Origin: an uncultured delta proteobacterium
GTDB lineage: Bacteria; Myxococcota_A; UBA9160; SMWR01
NCBI GenBank assembly: GCA_963832165.1
Contig: CAWHTE010000007.1
Location: 96,001-160,000, forward strand
Length of the DNA: 64,000 bases
Direction of reading: 5' to 3'
Below are positions 28,406 to 38,379 of this stretch, one piece after another (position 1 is the first letter of the stretch; each line of letters starts with the position of its first letter). Below the pieces are notes generated by a model, which saw nothing but the letters and a program-made list of their open reading frames with translations, made no database searches and was not told where the DNA came from. The position numbers and the translations under genes were made by a program.

Positions 28406-29713
28406 ATGTCCGAGCCGCGCGTGGTGCTCACGAATGCGAACCTGATCGATGGCAGTGGACCGCCGCAGTCGCGCGCGACCGTGGTGATCGAGGGCAATCG
28501 GATCGCGCACGCGGGCGGCAATGCGCAGGCGCGCCCGGGCGACCGCACGATCGACCTCGCGGGCAAGACCGTCATGCCGGGTCTCGTCCAGGGACACTTC
28601 CACTCGGGCTTCGGTCCGTCGCCGACGATGGGCGCTGCGCCGATTCTCGGGCTCGAGGCGCCCGCGCCCTACATGGGCATGATCGCGGCGCGCAACGCGC
28701 AGATCGCGCTGCAGTGTGGCGTCACGGGCGTGATCGGATCGAGCAACGGCGACAACCTCGATGTGTGTCTGCGCGAGGCGATGATCCTCGGGATCGTCGA
28801 GGGTCCGCGCATCGCCGCGTGCGGCCACGAGTTCATGGCGTCGGGCGACATGGCCGACGGCACCAACCGCTCGTATTTCATGGGCATCCAGCACCCGGGC
28901 CTCACGCGGCGGCTCGATGGCGCGGAGGAGTTCCGCCAGGCGACGCGCGAGGAGATCGGGCGCGGCTGCGACGTGATCAAGATCTCCGTGGCGCCCGGCC
29001 ACGGATCGTCTCCGGTGCGCGACGTCTGCTACCTCACGCGCGCCGAGATCGACGCGGTAGTCGGCGTCGCGCACGATCACGGCAAGCTCGTGCGCGCGCA
29101 CTGCCCGTCGCGCATCGCGATCCTCGAGTGTGCGCGCGCAGGCGTCGACATCATCGACCACGCCGACCGCATCGACGCCGAGGGGATCGACGCGGTGCTC
29201 GAGGCCGGCGCAAGGGTCACGCCGAGCCTGCTCTGGAGCACACGCTTCCTGCAGTTCGCCGAGAGCTGGAACTACGCGATGGGCCCATTCCCGATCGGCG
29301 AGGGCTTCGCCGAAACACACGAGCAGGTGCTCGCGCGGCTGCGCGGCGTGCGCGAAGACTTCGAGTACACGTGCAGGATCCTGCCCGACCTCGTGACTGC
29401 GGGCGTGTCGCTCGTGTGCGGCGACGACTTCGGCTTCGCGATGATGCCGCACGGCGACTACGTGTCGGAGTTCGAGGTGTACACCAAGCAGCTCGGCATC
29501 CCCGCGCTCGAGGTGCTGCGTTGGGCATCGACGAACGGCGCGCGGCTGATGGCCGGACCGCTCGGCTTCGATCCGGGCCACGGCACGATCGCCGCGGGCC
29601 AGCTCGCCGACCTGATCGTCGTCGACGGCAATCCCGCGAACGACATCTCGTGTCTGCGCGACCGGATCGTGGCGATCGTGCGCGACGGGAAGTTCGTGCG
29701 CGAGGCCTTGTAG
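28406..29713 (+). CDS. Amidohydrolase family 1 (imidazolonepropionase/prolidase-like)
   Basis: TVMPGLVQGHFH, RAH, IDH, ADLIVVDGNP. Confidence 0.88.
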   Translation: MSEPRVVLTNANLIDGSGPPQSRATVVIEGNRIAHAGGNAQARPGDRTIDLAGKTVMPGLVQGHFHSGFGPSPTMGAAPILGLEAPAPYMGMIAARNAQIALQCGVTGVIGSSNGDNLDVCLREAMILGIVEGPRIAACGHEFMASGDMADGTNRSYFMGIQHPGLTRRLDGAEEFRQATREEIGRGCDVIKISVAPGHGSSPVRDVCYLTRAEIDAVVGVAHDHGKLVRAHCPSRIAILECARAGVDIIDHADRIDAEGIDAVLEAGARVTPSLLWSTRFLQFAESWNYAMGPFPIGEGFAETHEQVLARLRGVREDFEYTCRILPDLVTAGVSLVCGDDFGFAMMPHGDYVSEFEVYTKQLGIPALEVLRWASTNGARLMAGPLGFDPGHGTIAAGQLADLIVVDGNPANDISCLRDRIVAIVRDGKFVREAL

Positions 29714-29746
29714 GTGCTCCGATTGCTGCTGCTCGCGGTTCCGTTC

Positions 29747-31021
29747 CTAAGCCGCGCGGTGGAGCGAAATCCGCTTCGGGCCCCGGATCAGGAACGAATC
29801 GTGGTGAGCCACGTGGGGCTCGGCGCTCTCGAGCCGGAGTAGCTCGGGCACGAGCGCCTCGAGCGCGATGCGTGCCTCGAGCCGCGCGAGCGACGCGCCC
29901 AGGCAGAAGTGCTTGCCGAAGCCGAAGGCCGCGAACCCCTGCAGGTCGCGATCGAGAACGACGCGATCGGGGTTCTCGAAGCGGCGCTCGTCGCGGTTGG
30001 CCGAGCCGAGGTACGCCGCGACGTGTTGGCCCTTGCGGATCCGGACGCCGCGGATCTCGGTGTCCGCGATGGCGGTGCGGAACACCACCTGGATCGGGGA
30101 CTCGTAGCGCAGCACCTCTTCGACGAGCGCGGGAATCCGGCTCGGATCGGCCGCCACCTCGCGCAGCACGTCGGGGTACTCGAGCAGCGCGTGGGTGAGA
30201 TTGCCGATCAGATTGGTGGTGGTCTCGTTGCCGGCGATCATCAGAAAGATCACGAACTCGACCACTTCGAGATCGGAAAGCGCGATCTTGCTGTCCTGCT
30301 CGGCGAGGATCGCACTGATCAGATCATCGCCCGGGTGCGCGCGGCGGTCGCGCGCGAGCTCCCGCATCGCCACCATGCACTCGAGCAGCGGCGTGGTGTT
30401 GCGCGGTGCGAAGAGGTGCTCGCGCTCGGGTCCGGAGATCATCGCAATCACGCGGTCCGACCAGCGCTTGAAGTCGGCGTGCCGCTCGCGGGAAACGCCC
30501 AGCATCTCGGCGATGATGGTCGCGGGCAGCGGAACCGCGAGGTCGGCGATCGCGTCGAACGGCGCGCCGCGCAGCAACGGCGCCACGCACTGCTCGACGA
30601 TCTCGCGCACGCGCGGCTCCCAGTCCGCGATCTGGCGCGGCGTGAAGCCGCGGTTGATGATCGCGCGCATCGAGGTGTGGCGTTCGCCATCCTCGGCGAT
30701 CAGGATGCGCGCACGCGCGAACGCCAACGGGTTTGCGCGCAGCTTCCAGAGCAGCTTCCAGAGGAACGGGATCATCGCCCAGGTGATCTGGAAGCTCTCG
30801 CTGCCGCCACCGAACGTCATCGTGAACATCGCACGCGACGAGAAGTTTTCGGGCGACTTGAGCACGTGCACCACGTCGTCGAAGCGCGTCACCAGGAAGA
30901 AACGGCGCTCAGGGCTGTAGTAGACAGGAGCCTCGTCGCGCAGCCGCCGGTACATCGGGTACGGATCGGCATGGCTCGCGAACGGATCGAACTCGAACGA
31001 CATGGAGCGGGGGGCGGTCAT
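29747..31021 (-). CDS. Cytochrome P450 (paralogue 1 of 3)
   Basis: AGNETT, EVLR, FGFGKHFCLG. Confidence 0.95.
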   Translation of the reverse strand: MTAPRSMSFEFDPFASHADPYPMYRRLRDEAPVYYSPERRFFLVTRFDDVVHVLKSPENFSSRAMFTMTFGGGSESFQITWAMIPFLWKLLWKLRANPLAFARARILIAEDGERHTSMRAIINRGFTPRQIADWEPRVREIVEQCVAPLLRGAPFDAIADLAVPLPATIIAEMLGVSRERHADFKRWSDRVIAMISGPEREHLFAPRNTTPLLECMVAMRELARDRRAHPGDDLISAILAEQDSKIALSDLEVVEFVIFLMIAGNETTTNLIGNLTHALLEYPDVLREVAADPSRIPALVEEVLRYESPIQVVFRTAIADTEIRGVRIRKGQHVAAYLGSANRDERRFENPDRVVLDRDLQGFAAFGFGKHFCLGASLARLEARIALEALVPELLRLESAEPHVAHHDSFLIRGPKRISLHRAA

Positions 31022-31043
31022 GTCAGGTCCAGCCAGGGGCGGG

Positions 31044-32312
31044 CTAGGCCGCGCGCTTCACCGCGAGCCGCTTCGGGCCGCGCACCAGGAACGAACTGAC
31101 GCGCGCGATCGTGGAGTCCGCGCGTTCGAGCCGCGTGAGCTCGGGCACGAGCGCCTCGAACGCCACGCGCGTCTCGAGCCGCGCGAGCGACGCGCCGAGG
31201 CAGAAGTGCTTGCCGAAGCCGAAGCCCGGGAAGCCCTGCGCGTCGCGGTCGAGGTCGAGCCGGTCGGGATCGGGAAAGCGCCGCTCGTCGCGGTTCGCCG
31301 AGCCCAGGAAGACCGCCACGTACTCGCCCTTCCGGAGCCGCACGCCGCGGATCTCGGTGTCCTCGGTGGTCTTGCGGAATACGACCTGCACGGGCGAGTC
31401 GTAGCGCAGTCCCTCCTCGACGAGATCGGGGATGCGGCTCGGGTCCGCGGCGACTTTGTGCAGCTGTTCCGGGTGCTCGAGCAGCGCGTTCGTGATGTTC
31501 CCGATCAGGTTGGTGGTGGTCTCGTTGCCGGCCACGAGCAATAGCAGCACGAACTGGATCACCTCGCGGTCGTCGAGCGCCGTCCCGCCCTCCTGCTCCG
31601 CGAGGATCGTGCTGATCAGATCGTCGCGCGGGTTCGCTCGCCGCTCCCGCGTGAGCTTCTCCATCGCCAGGAGGAACTCGAGCACGGGCTGCATGCTCCG
31701 CCATATGCGAAGCCGCTCGTCGCGATCGGGCCCCGTCGCATACGAGATCGTGTAGTCGGACCAGCGCTTGAAGTCGCGGTGCTGATCGGCGGGCAGGCCG
31801 AGCAGCTCGGCGATCAGCGTGACGGGGACGCGCGCCGCGAGATCGGCCATCACGTCGAAGGGCTCGCCGCGGCGCAGCGGCGCCATGCACTCTTCGACGA
31901 TCTCGCGCACGCGCGGCTCCAAATCCGCAATCTGACGCGGCGTGAAGCCGCGGTTCACGATCGCGCGCATCGTCGAATGTCGCTCGCCGTCCTCGGCGAT
32001 CAGGTTGCGCGATCTGAAGAACGTGAGCGGGTTGAACCGCATCTTCGTAACGATGCCCCACATGAAGCGGAGCGTTTCGCGCGTGAGCGGCGGGAGCTTC
32101 TCGCGGCCGCCGCCCATGATCATCGTGAACATCGCGCGCGACGAGAAGATCTCGGGCGTCTTCAAGACGTGCATCACATCGTCGAAGCGCGTCACCGACC
32201 AGATCCGCCGCGCCTCGCTGTAATGCACGGGAGCTTCGTCGCGCAGGCGCCGATAGATCGGGTACGGGTCGTCGTGACTCGCGAGCGGGTCGAAGTCGAG
32301 CGGCCGCGTCAT
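31044..32312 (-). CDS. Cytochrome P450 (paralogue 2 of 3)
   Basis: AGNETT, EGLR, FGFGKHFCLG. Confidence 0.95.
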   Translation of the reverse strand: MTRPLDFDPLASHDDPYPIYRRLRDEAPVHYSEARRIWSVTRFDDVMHVLKTPEIFSSRAMFTMIMGGGREKLPPLTRETLRFMWGIVTKMRFNPLTFFRSRNLIAEDGERHSTMRAIVNRGFTPRQIADLEPRVREIVEECMAPLRRGEPFDVMADLAARVPVTLIAELLGLPADQHRDFKRWSDYTISYATGPDRDERLRIWRSMQPVLEFLLAMEKLTRERRANPRDDLISTILAEQEGGTALDDREVIQFVLLLLVAGNETTTNLIGNITNALLEHPEQLHKVAADPSRIPDLVEEGLRYDSPVQVVFRKTTEDTEIRGVRLRKGEYVAVFLGSANRDERRFPDPDRLDLDRDAQGFPGFGFGKHFCLGASLARLETRVAFEALVPELTRLERADSTIARVSSFLVRGPKRLAVKRAA

Positions 32313-32360
32313 GAGGACCTCCCGGGCACGCGACCGGAGATTAGCTGCTGAGTGGAAGGA

Positions 32361-34086
32361 TCACTTCGCTCCGCATTTCGAGGCCCCGGCCTGCGAGACC
32401 GCGGCATCCTTCTGCGCCCCGGTCATGAGACCGGCCAGGACGAAGTCTTCGGCGGTGTGAGCAACGCATGAGACGTAGCCCCCGTGGTTCTTCCACTTGT
32501 CACCGCTCTGCGAGTGCTGGCAGGGACAGAGCTGAGAGATGGAGCAACCGCTGGCGTCGACGGTGGCACCCGACGGCGTCCCCAGACAAGCGTCCACCCC
32601 ATCCGCGACGCCATCCGCGTCGGCGTCGTCGACGACGGGATCGCACGCGTCCCCGAGGCCGTCGTGGTCGACGTCGGCTTGCGAGGGATTCGGATCGTAG
32701 ATGCAGTTGTCATCCTCGTTGAGGGCCCCGTCTCCGTCGAGATCGGGATCGCACACGTCGCCGACACCGTCTTCGTCGAGATCCGCCTGGTCCGAGTTGG
32801 AGATCAACGGGCAGTCGTCATCCGACTCGCAGATGCCGTCGTTGTCCGCGTCGTTCTGCGAATCGAGAGCGCAGACGTCGCAGAAGTCGGGCGTGCCGTC
32901 GCCATCGGTGTCGAGCGCGTCGCTGCCGCCGGGACAGACATCCGAATCGCCGCAGACTCCGTCGCCGTCGGCGTCATTGTGCGGATCCGTGGCGCACGGG
33001 TCACACGCGTTGGGAACACCGTCGCCATCGGTATCGAGCGCGTCGTCGCCCAGAGCGCAGACGTCGCAGGCGTCCGGAACCGCGTCGCCGTCGCCGTCGA
33101 CGGAGTCGTCCCCGGCCGCGCAGATGTCGCAGCCATCCGGCACGCCGTCGCCATCGGCATCCAGGCCGTCGTCGGAGCTCGCGCACGCATCGCAGAAGTC
33201 GGGGACTCCATCGTCGTCCGCGTCGAGATTGTCGTTGCCACCCGGGCAGATCGGCGGCTTGAAGGCGATGTCGGTGGGCTTCGCGCCGACGTTCTCGGAC
33301 AGGAAACGAACCTGTCCGTCGAGGCCGACCGTCACCACCGCGAGCGCGCCGGCGGCGCCGGTCGCGAAGAGCGCACCGTCGACAGCGCCGGGTACCCAGA
33401 CCGTCCAGCGGAGCCTCGTTTCCGCCCACGGGGCTCCCCTCGAAGATCTGCCCGGACGCGAAGCGCAGCGGCTGCTGGCTCACCACGCTGGCGTTGCTCG
33501 GGTCGAGCACGGCCAGCGTCGGGGACGCGCCCGACTCGACCAGGTACAGCAGCGAACCGGACACGTTATTCGGGTCCGGGCCGAAAGCCAGGCCACCGTT
33601 CGCGATGCCGGGATTGCCCACGAGCGTCGCGACAGCGGTGGTCGTGTTGATCGTGTACACGCAGAAGATGCACGGAGCGTTGTTGGCGGAGGTCGCGTAG
33701 AGGGTGTCCGTACCGGGCTGGAACGCCAGGTCGGAGATCCCGACCGTCTGGCCGGTCGCGGTGACGATCTTGCCGACCGTGTGCAGGAGCGTTCCCGCGT
33801 TCGGGTCGATCTCCACGAGGAAGGAGGGCTGGGTGTTTCCGTCGCGCGTGGACGCGAACAGCCGGCCAGTGGAGTCGAAGTCGAGACCGGAGATTCCGCC
33901 CGGCGTGACCGGGTCGCCTAGCACGGCGGCGACACCGGTCGCATCGTCGATGCGCAGCAGCGAGCCAGGGGCGCCTGCGGCGGTCACCGGAGACACGCCG
34001 GCGTACATTTCGGCGGCGGCGATCGGTAGGCCATGGAGGCCCAGGCCCCAGGCGAGAGCACAGACCAGGCCTAGCGTGCGAATCAT
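32361..34086 (-). CDS. Secreted beta-propeller protein with thrombospondin type-3-like Ca-binding repeats; +1 frameshift near 33387-33392
   Basis: Signal peptide and repeated G/D-L-A-F blades (34086..33390); then DxDxDGxxDxCD repeats and a Cys-containing KNHGGYVSCV C-terminal module in the next frame. Confidence 0.8.
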
Positions 34087-34299
34087 GACACCCCCCTTGC
34101 TGAGCGCGCGGCGATCCTAGAGGGCCATACCAACTCGGTCAAGCGAAGCGTTAGGTTTAGCGCGGTGTTAGCCAGATAGTTAGCTAGATCGAACTAACTG
34201 GCGTCGCCCCCTGTCCCTAACAGGCGCCGTTCTCCCCTCATGCCGGCCGCGAGACCGACCGATCTGCCCTGGGCCGGATCTCGAACTGGGGGGTACGAG

Positions 34300-34698
34300 A
34301 TGGCGCGGTGGCAACCGCTCCTGTTCGCAGTCGCGTTGGTCGGAGCCGCGTGCGGAGAGCAGGCCATGCAGCCTCCCGCGGAACTCCTCCACGTCTGGCA
34401 CTCCCGCGCCGACTCGCTGCGCGATCGCTCGCTCGAGATCCGCAATGAGTGGCTGGTCTTCGGGATCGGCCGCCATGTGAGCGAGACGTATCGACTCAAC
34501 GGCATCAAGTCCACGCCGCGGCAGCACGGCACCCACTACGTGCTCCACTACGAAGACCGGTCGGGGAATGAACGCCAGCTCGGGATCCTCTACCACGACG
34601 GGACCCCGCCCACCCTGCAGCTCGACTACCACGATGAGACCTGGGTGCGATGGCAAGACGCCACCTGGCTCTCGGAACGCGCGGAGGATCCGACTTGA
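34300..34698 (+). CDS. Hypothetical lipoprotein
   Basis: MARWQPLLFAVALVGAAC lipobox; stop overlaps the next start. Confidence 0.65.
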   Translation: MARWQPLLFAVALVGAACGEQAMQPPAELLHVWHSRADSLRDRSLEIRNEWLVFGIGRHVSETYRLNGIKSTPRQHGTHYVLHYEDRSGNERQLGILYHDGTPPTLQLDYHDETWVRWQDATWLSERAEDPT

Positions 34699-35255
34699 CC
34701 ACCGATGCCCGGCGCCGAAGTACGCTGCGCCTTCACCTCGTGATCACGAGCGTCACCGCCACGGCGGGCTTCGCCGCCGTGATTGCCGTCTCGCTCTTCG
34801 TCCCTGTGATGACCCATCTCGGCCGCGATGGGCTGCGTCCGGACGAAATGATCGGCGTGGCGGACCACATCCTCTTCCTCCACGCCGGTTTCTGGCCCGT
34901 CGTCGCGGTCTCGCTCTTCTGCTCGATGGCGAGCGGCGTCTGGCTCTACGAGCGCATGAAGGCGCCTCTAGTGCGCTGGGTCCGCGCCTACAGCGAGATC
35001 GCAGCCGACCGCGTTCCCGATCCGGTCGTGATCCGACGCACCGACTACCTCCACGAAGAGGCGGATGCGCTCAACCGGATGATCGAAGCGCTGCGCGGCC
35101 GCCGGGCGGCGCTCGATGCGTGCGCGGGCGCCTTGCGCGAGGCGCTCGGGGTACTCGAGAGCGAGCTGCCTGCGGAGCATCGGCCCGCGCTGGACGCCGT
35201 GATCAAGCACGCCGCCGACCTGCGGATCCAGCTCGGCGAACCGAAGCGCGGCTAG
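34695..35255 (+). CDS. Two-TM membrane protein with HAMP-like/coiled C-terminus
   Basis: TTG start after GGAGG; two hydrophobic segments, then PLVRW...IRRTDYLHEEADALNRM HAMP-like pattern. Confidence 0.7.
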   Translation: MTTDARRRSTLRLHLVITSVTATAGFAAVIAVSLFVPVMTHLGRDGLRPDEMIGVADHILFLHAGFWPVVAVSLFCSMASGVWLYERMKAPLVRWVRAYSEIAADRVPDPVVIRRTDYLHEEADALNRMIEALRGRRAALDACAGALREALGVLESELPAEHRPALDAVIKHAADLRIQLGEPKRG

Positions 35256-35270
35256 GTGCGTTTTCGCAGC

Positions 35271-35780
35271 ATGGCGAAGGGAACCGACGCAGCACGGAGC
35301 GGCACTCGCCGCCTCGCCCGACGCCGCACCTCCGGTTTCACACTGATCGAGCTCGTCATCGCCGTCGGGATCGTCGGACTGCTGTCTGCGATCGCCGGGA
35401 CCAACTACTTCCAGTACATCGAGAAGGCTCGAGCGACGCGCGCCATCGCGGACATCAAGAACATCTCCATCTCGATCGATGCCTCCAAGATCGACGACGA
35501 CGGCATCCCGCCCGCCTCGCTCTCGGATGTCCAGGACGTTCCGCCCATCGATCCCTGGGGCCGCGCCTACCAGTATCTGAAGATTGCGGGAACGGCGCCC
35601 AAGAAGGGCGCCACCCCCGTCCGCAAGGACCGCTTTCTCGTGCCGCTCAACACGGATTACGACCTCTACAGCTTCGGCCCTGACGGTCGCAGCAAGCCGC
35701 CGCTATCCGCGCCCGAGAGCACCGACGACATCGTGCGCGCAAACAACGGCGGCTACATCGGCCTCGCCGAATACTACTGA
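35271..35780 (+). CDS. Prepilin-type N-methylation protein, GspG-like
   Basis: SGFTLIELVIAVGIVGLL class III signal; DPWGRAY and YDLYSFGPDG, DDI GspG-like motifs; alternative GTG at 35256. Confidence 0.88.
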   Translation: MAKGTDAARSGTRRLARRRTSGFTLIELVIAVGIVGLLSAIAGTNYFQYIEKARATRAIADIKNISISIDASKIDDDGIPPASLSDVQDVPPIDPWGRAYQYLKIAGTAPKKGATPVRKDRFLVPLNTDYDLYSFGPDGRSKPPLSAPESTDDIVRANNGGYIGLAEYY

Positions 35781-35786
35781 TCCCCC

Positions 35787-38357
35787 ATGAGGCCGGAGCG
35801 GTTCCATTGGGTTTCGAGCGGCCTCCAGAGCCGCGTCGCACGCCGCGTCGTCTCGCTATTCGTCGCTTGCGCGCTGCTCCCCGTGGCCGCGTTCGCCGTC
35901 TTCGCCTATCAGAGCGTGCTGAGCGAGCTCGAGCAGGATGCCTTTGCGCGCCTCCACCGGGAGAGCAAGAACGCGGGGATGTCGATCCTCGAGCGGTTGA
36001 TGCTGCTCGACAACGGCATGCTGATGGTGCTCACAGACCTCCGCGCGCCGTCGCCCGAGCGGATTGCAGCCGCCGACACCACGCTGCGCGAAATCACGCA
36101 CGACGGCGCTCGCCACCTGCGGCTGGTCGAACGCGCGCAGGAGGCGCGCCTCACTCCCGCGCAGCGAGAGCAGCTCCGCGCCGGCGGCAGCGTGCTGCTC
36201 GCCGAACCCCGCGGCGACGGCCCCGCTCGGCTCACGCTGATGCGCAGCCCGCGTTTCGGCGCACGGAGTCCGATCCTCGCGGCGGATCTCACCGCGACCT
36301 ACGTCTTCGCCGCGGATGGCCGCGACCTCTCGGACCACTACTGGGTGGAGGACGGGAGCGGCGCTCGGCTCTTTGCCACCGAGCGCGCCGCACATTCGCG
36401 GGCCACTTCGCTGCCCGCCGATCCGCGCGAGCACCGCCGCTACTGGACCGCGGACGATGAGCGTCTGCTGGGCGCCTCCTGGCCGCTCTTTCTCGCCTCG
36501 CGCTTCGGCGGCGGCGAGTGGGTGGTGGCCCACGCGCGGCCCACCGCCGAAATCTACCGGCCGGCAGACAACTTCAAGGCCACGTTCCCGCTGGTGGTCG
36601 GCGTATCGCTGCTGGCCGTCACGTTGCTCAGCCTCGCGCAGATCCGTCGCCGCCTGGTGCCGATCGAGAAGCTCGTCGAGGGCACGCGGCGCATCGCGGC
36701 GGGGCGCTTCGCACCCGTCGAGATCGAAACCCAGGATGAGTTTCAGGAGCTCGCGGGCGCCTTCAACCAGATGAGCCGCGAGATCCAGCAACGCCTCGAC
36801 ATGCTGGCCACGGTCAACGCGATCGGCGTTTCCCTGTCCGGCGAGGTGGACATCGATCGCCTGTTGAACATCGTCCTGCGCGGCTCGATCTCGGTCACCA
36901 AGGCCCACGGAGGCTCCCTGTTCCTGCGAAGCGAAGACGGTCGGTTCGACCACACCGTGCTGATGGTCGACGGCAAGTCCCGCGGCTCCGACTTCGATGC
37001 CGCGCTAGGCGTAGCGTGCGTCGAGCGCTGCGCAGCAGAAGGCACGCTGCGACAGCGGCGCGGCGCGGCGGGTGCCGAGGCGCTGGATCCCCGCGAGTGG
37101 CAGGGCTTGCAGGATCGCTACGGCTTCTCGATCGGGTCGCTGCTCGGAGTGCCGATGCGGAACGAGCGCGGTCGCATCAGCGGAGTCCTTCTGCTCTATC
37201 GCGCCCTCGACGCGGACGGGCGCGCGCACGGCTTCGACGAGGAAGCCTGTGAGCTGGCGTCTTCCCTCGCATCGCAGGCGGCCGTGGCGCTGGCCAAGAC
37301 GCGCCTGGTGGAGAGCTTCCGCGCCCTCTTCGAGGGGCTGATCCAGCTGACCGTCCGCGCGATCGACGAAAAATCGGCGCACACCGGAAACCATTGCCGC
37401 AAGGTGCCGATCCTCACGGAGATGATCGCCGATGCGGCCTGCGCCGAGACTTCCGGGCCGCTGAAGGATTTCGAACTGACGCCGGAGGAGCGCTACGAGC
37501 TGCGCATCGCCGCGCTGCTCCACGACTGCGGCAAAGTCGTCACGCCGGTCCACGTCATGGACAAGGCCACCAAGCTCGAGACGATCTTCGACCGGATCGA
37601 GCTCGTCGAGCTCCGCTACGAGATCCTGCGCCGCGACGAGCGGATCCGCGCGCTCTGCGGCGTACTCGCCGGCATCGGCATCGACGCCGAGCGGGCGCTC
37701 ACGCCAGAGCTCGCGGGCAAGCTCGCCGCGCTCGATCAGGAGCTGTCCCTGCTGCGGCGCTGCAACCAGGGCGGGGAGTTCATGCCCGAATCCCTGAGCC
37801 GCACCGTTCGCGAGCTTGGCTCGACGCGCCGCTGGACGGACGCGCGCGGAGTGGAGCGCGAGCTGCTCTCCAACGAGGAGGTCGAGAATCTGACCATCTC
37901 GAAGGGAACACTGAACCCGGCAGAGCGGGAGATCATCCGGTACCACGCGGTGGCGACGATCAAGCTCCTCGAAGAGCTGCCGTTCCCGGAGCAGATGCGC
38001 AACGTTCCCGCGATTGCGGGCTCCCATCACGAGCGCATGGACGGGCAGGGCTATCCGAATCGACTCCGGAGAGACCAGATCTCGATGCAGGGAAGGATCC
38101 TCGGACTGGCCGACGTCTTCGAGGCGCTGTCTGCGAAGGACCGCCCCTACAAGCCGGGCAAGAGCCTGAGCGAGTGCCTGCGGATCCTCGGGGCGATGTG
38201 CGAAGAGGGCCACATCGACCCGCACCTCTACGCACTCTTCGTGGAGAAGCGCCTCTACCTGCGCTATGCGGTCGACTACCTGGAGCCCGAGCAGATCGAC
38301 GAGGCCCATCACGAGGAGCTCGAGCGGCTGACCTGGGACCTGGCGCCTCGCGCCTAG
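35787..38357 (+). CDS. Membrane HD-GYP phosphodiesterase with periplasmic sensor, HAMP and GAF domains
   Basis: Two TM helices; HAMP (DEFQELAGAFNQM); GAF (SLLGVPM); LLHDCGK and HHERMDGQGYP; DRPYK. Confidence 0.92.
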   Translation: MRPERFHWVSSGLQSRVARRVVSLFVACALLPVAAFAVFAYQSVLSELEQDAFARLHRESKNAGMSILERLMLLDNGMLMVLTDLRAPSPERIAAADTTLREITHDGARHLRLVERAQEARLTPAQREQLRAGGSVLLAEPRGDGPARLTLMRSPRFGARSPILAADLTATYVFAADGRDLSDHYWVEDGSGARLFATERAAHSRATSLPADPREHRRYWTADDERLLGASWPLFLASRFGGGEWVVAHARPTAEIYRPADNFKATFPLVVGVSLLAVTLLSLAQIRRRLVPIEKLVEGTRRIAAGRFAPVEIETQDEFQELAGAFNQMSREIQQRLDMLATVNAIGVSLSGEVDIDRLLNIVLRGSISVTKAHGGSLFLRSEDGRFDHTVLMVDGKSRGSDFDAALGVACVERCAAEGTLRQRRGAAGAEALDPREWQGLQDRYGFSIGSLLGVPMRNERGRISGVLLLYRALDADGRAHGFDEEACELASSLASQAAVALAKTRLVESFRALFEGLIQLTVRAIDEKSAHTGNHCRKVPILTEMIADAACAETSGPLKDFELTPEERYELRIAALLHDCGKVVTPVHVMDKATKLETIFDRIELVELRYEILRRDERIRALCGVLAGIGIDAERALTPELAGKLAALDQELSLLRRCNQGGEFMPESLSRTVRELGSTRRWTDARGVERELLSNEEVENLTISKGTLNPAEREIIRYHAVATIKLLEELPFPEQMRNVPAIAGSHHERMDGQGYPNRLRRDQISMQGRILGLADVFEALSAKDRPYKPGKSLSECLRILGAMCEEGHIDPHLYALFVEKRLYLRYAVDYLEPEQIDEAHHEELERLTWDLAPRA

Positions 38358-38379
38358 CTCGGAATCGAACTCGAGCGGG

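Noticed and set aside
32600..33240. Repetitive DNA (gccgtcgccatcgg-like units) that could be taken for a CRISPR or tandem array
   Set aside because: Degenerate, in-frame repeats explained by TSP3-like protein repeats; no constant repeat/unique spacer pattern and no cas genes
35271..35780. Type II secretion system or type IV pilus locus
   Set aside because: Only one pilin; no ATPase, platform, secretin or peptidase genes
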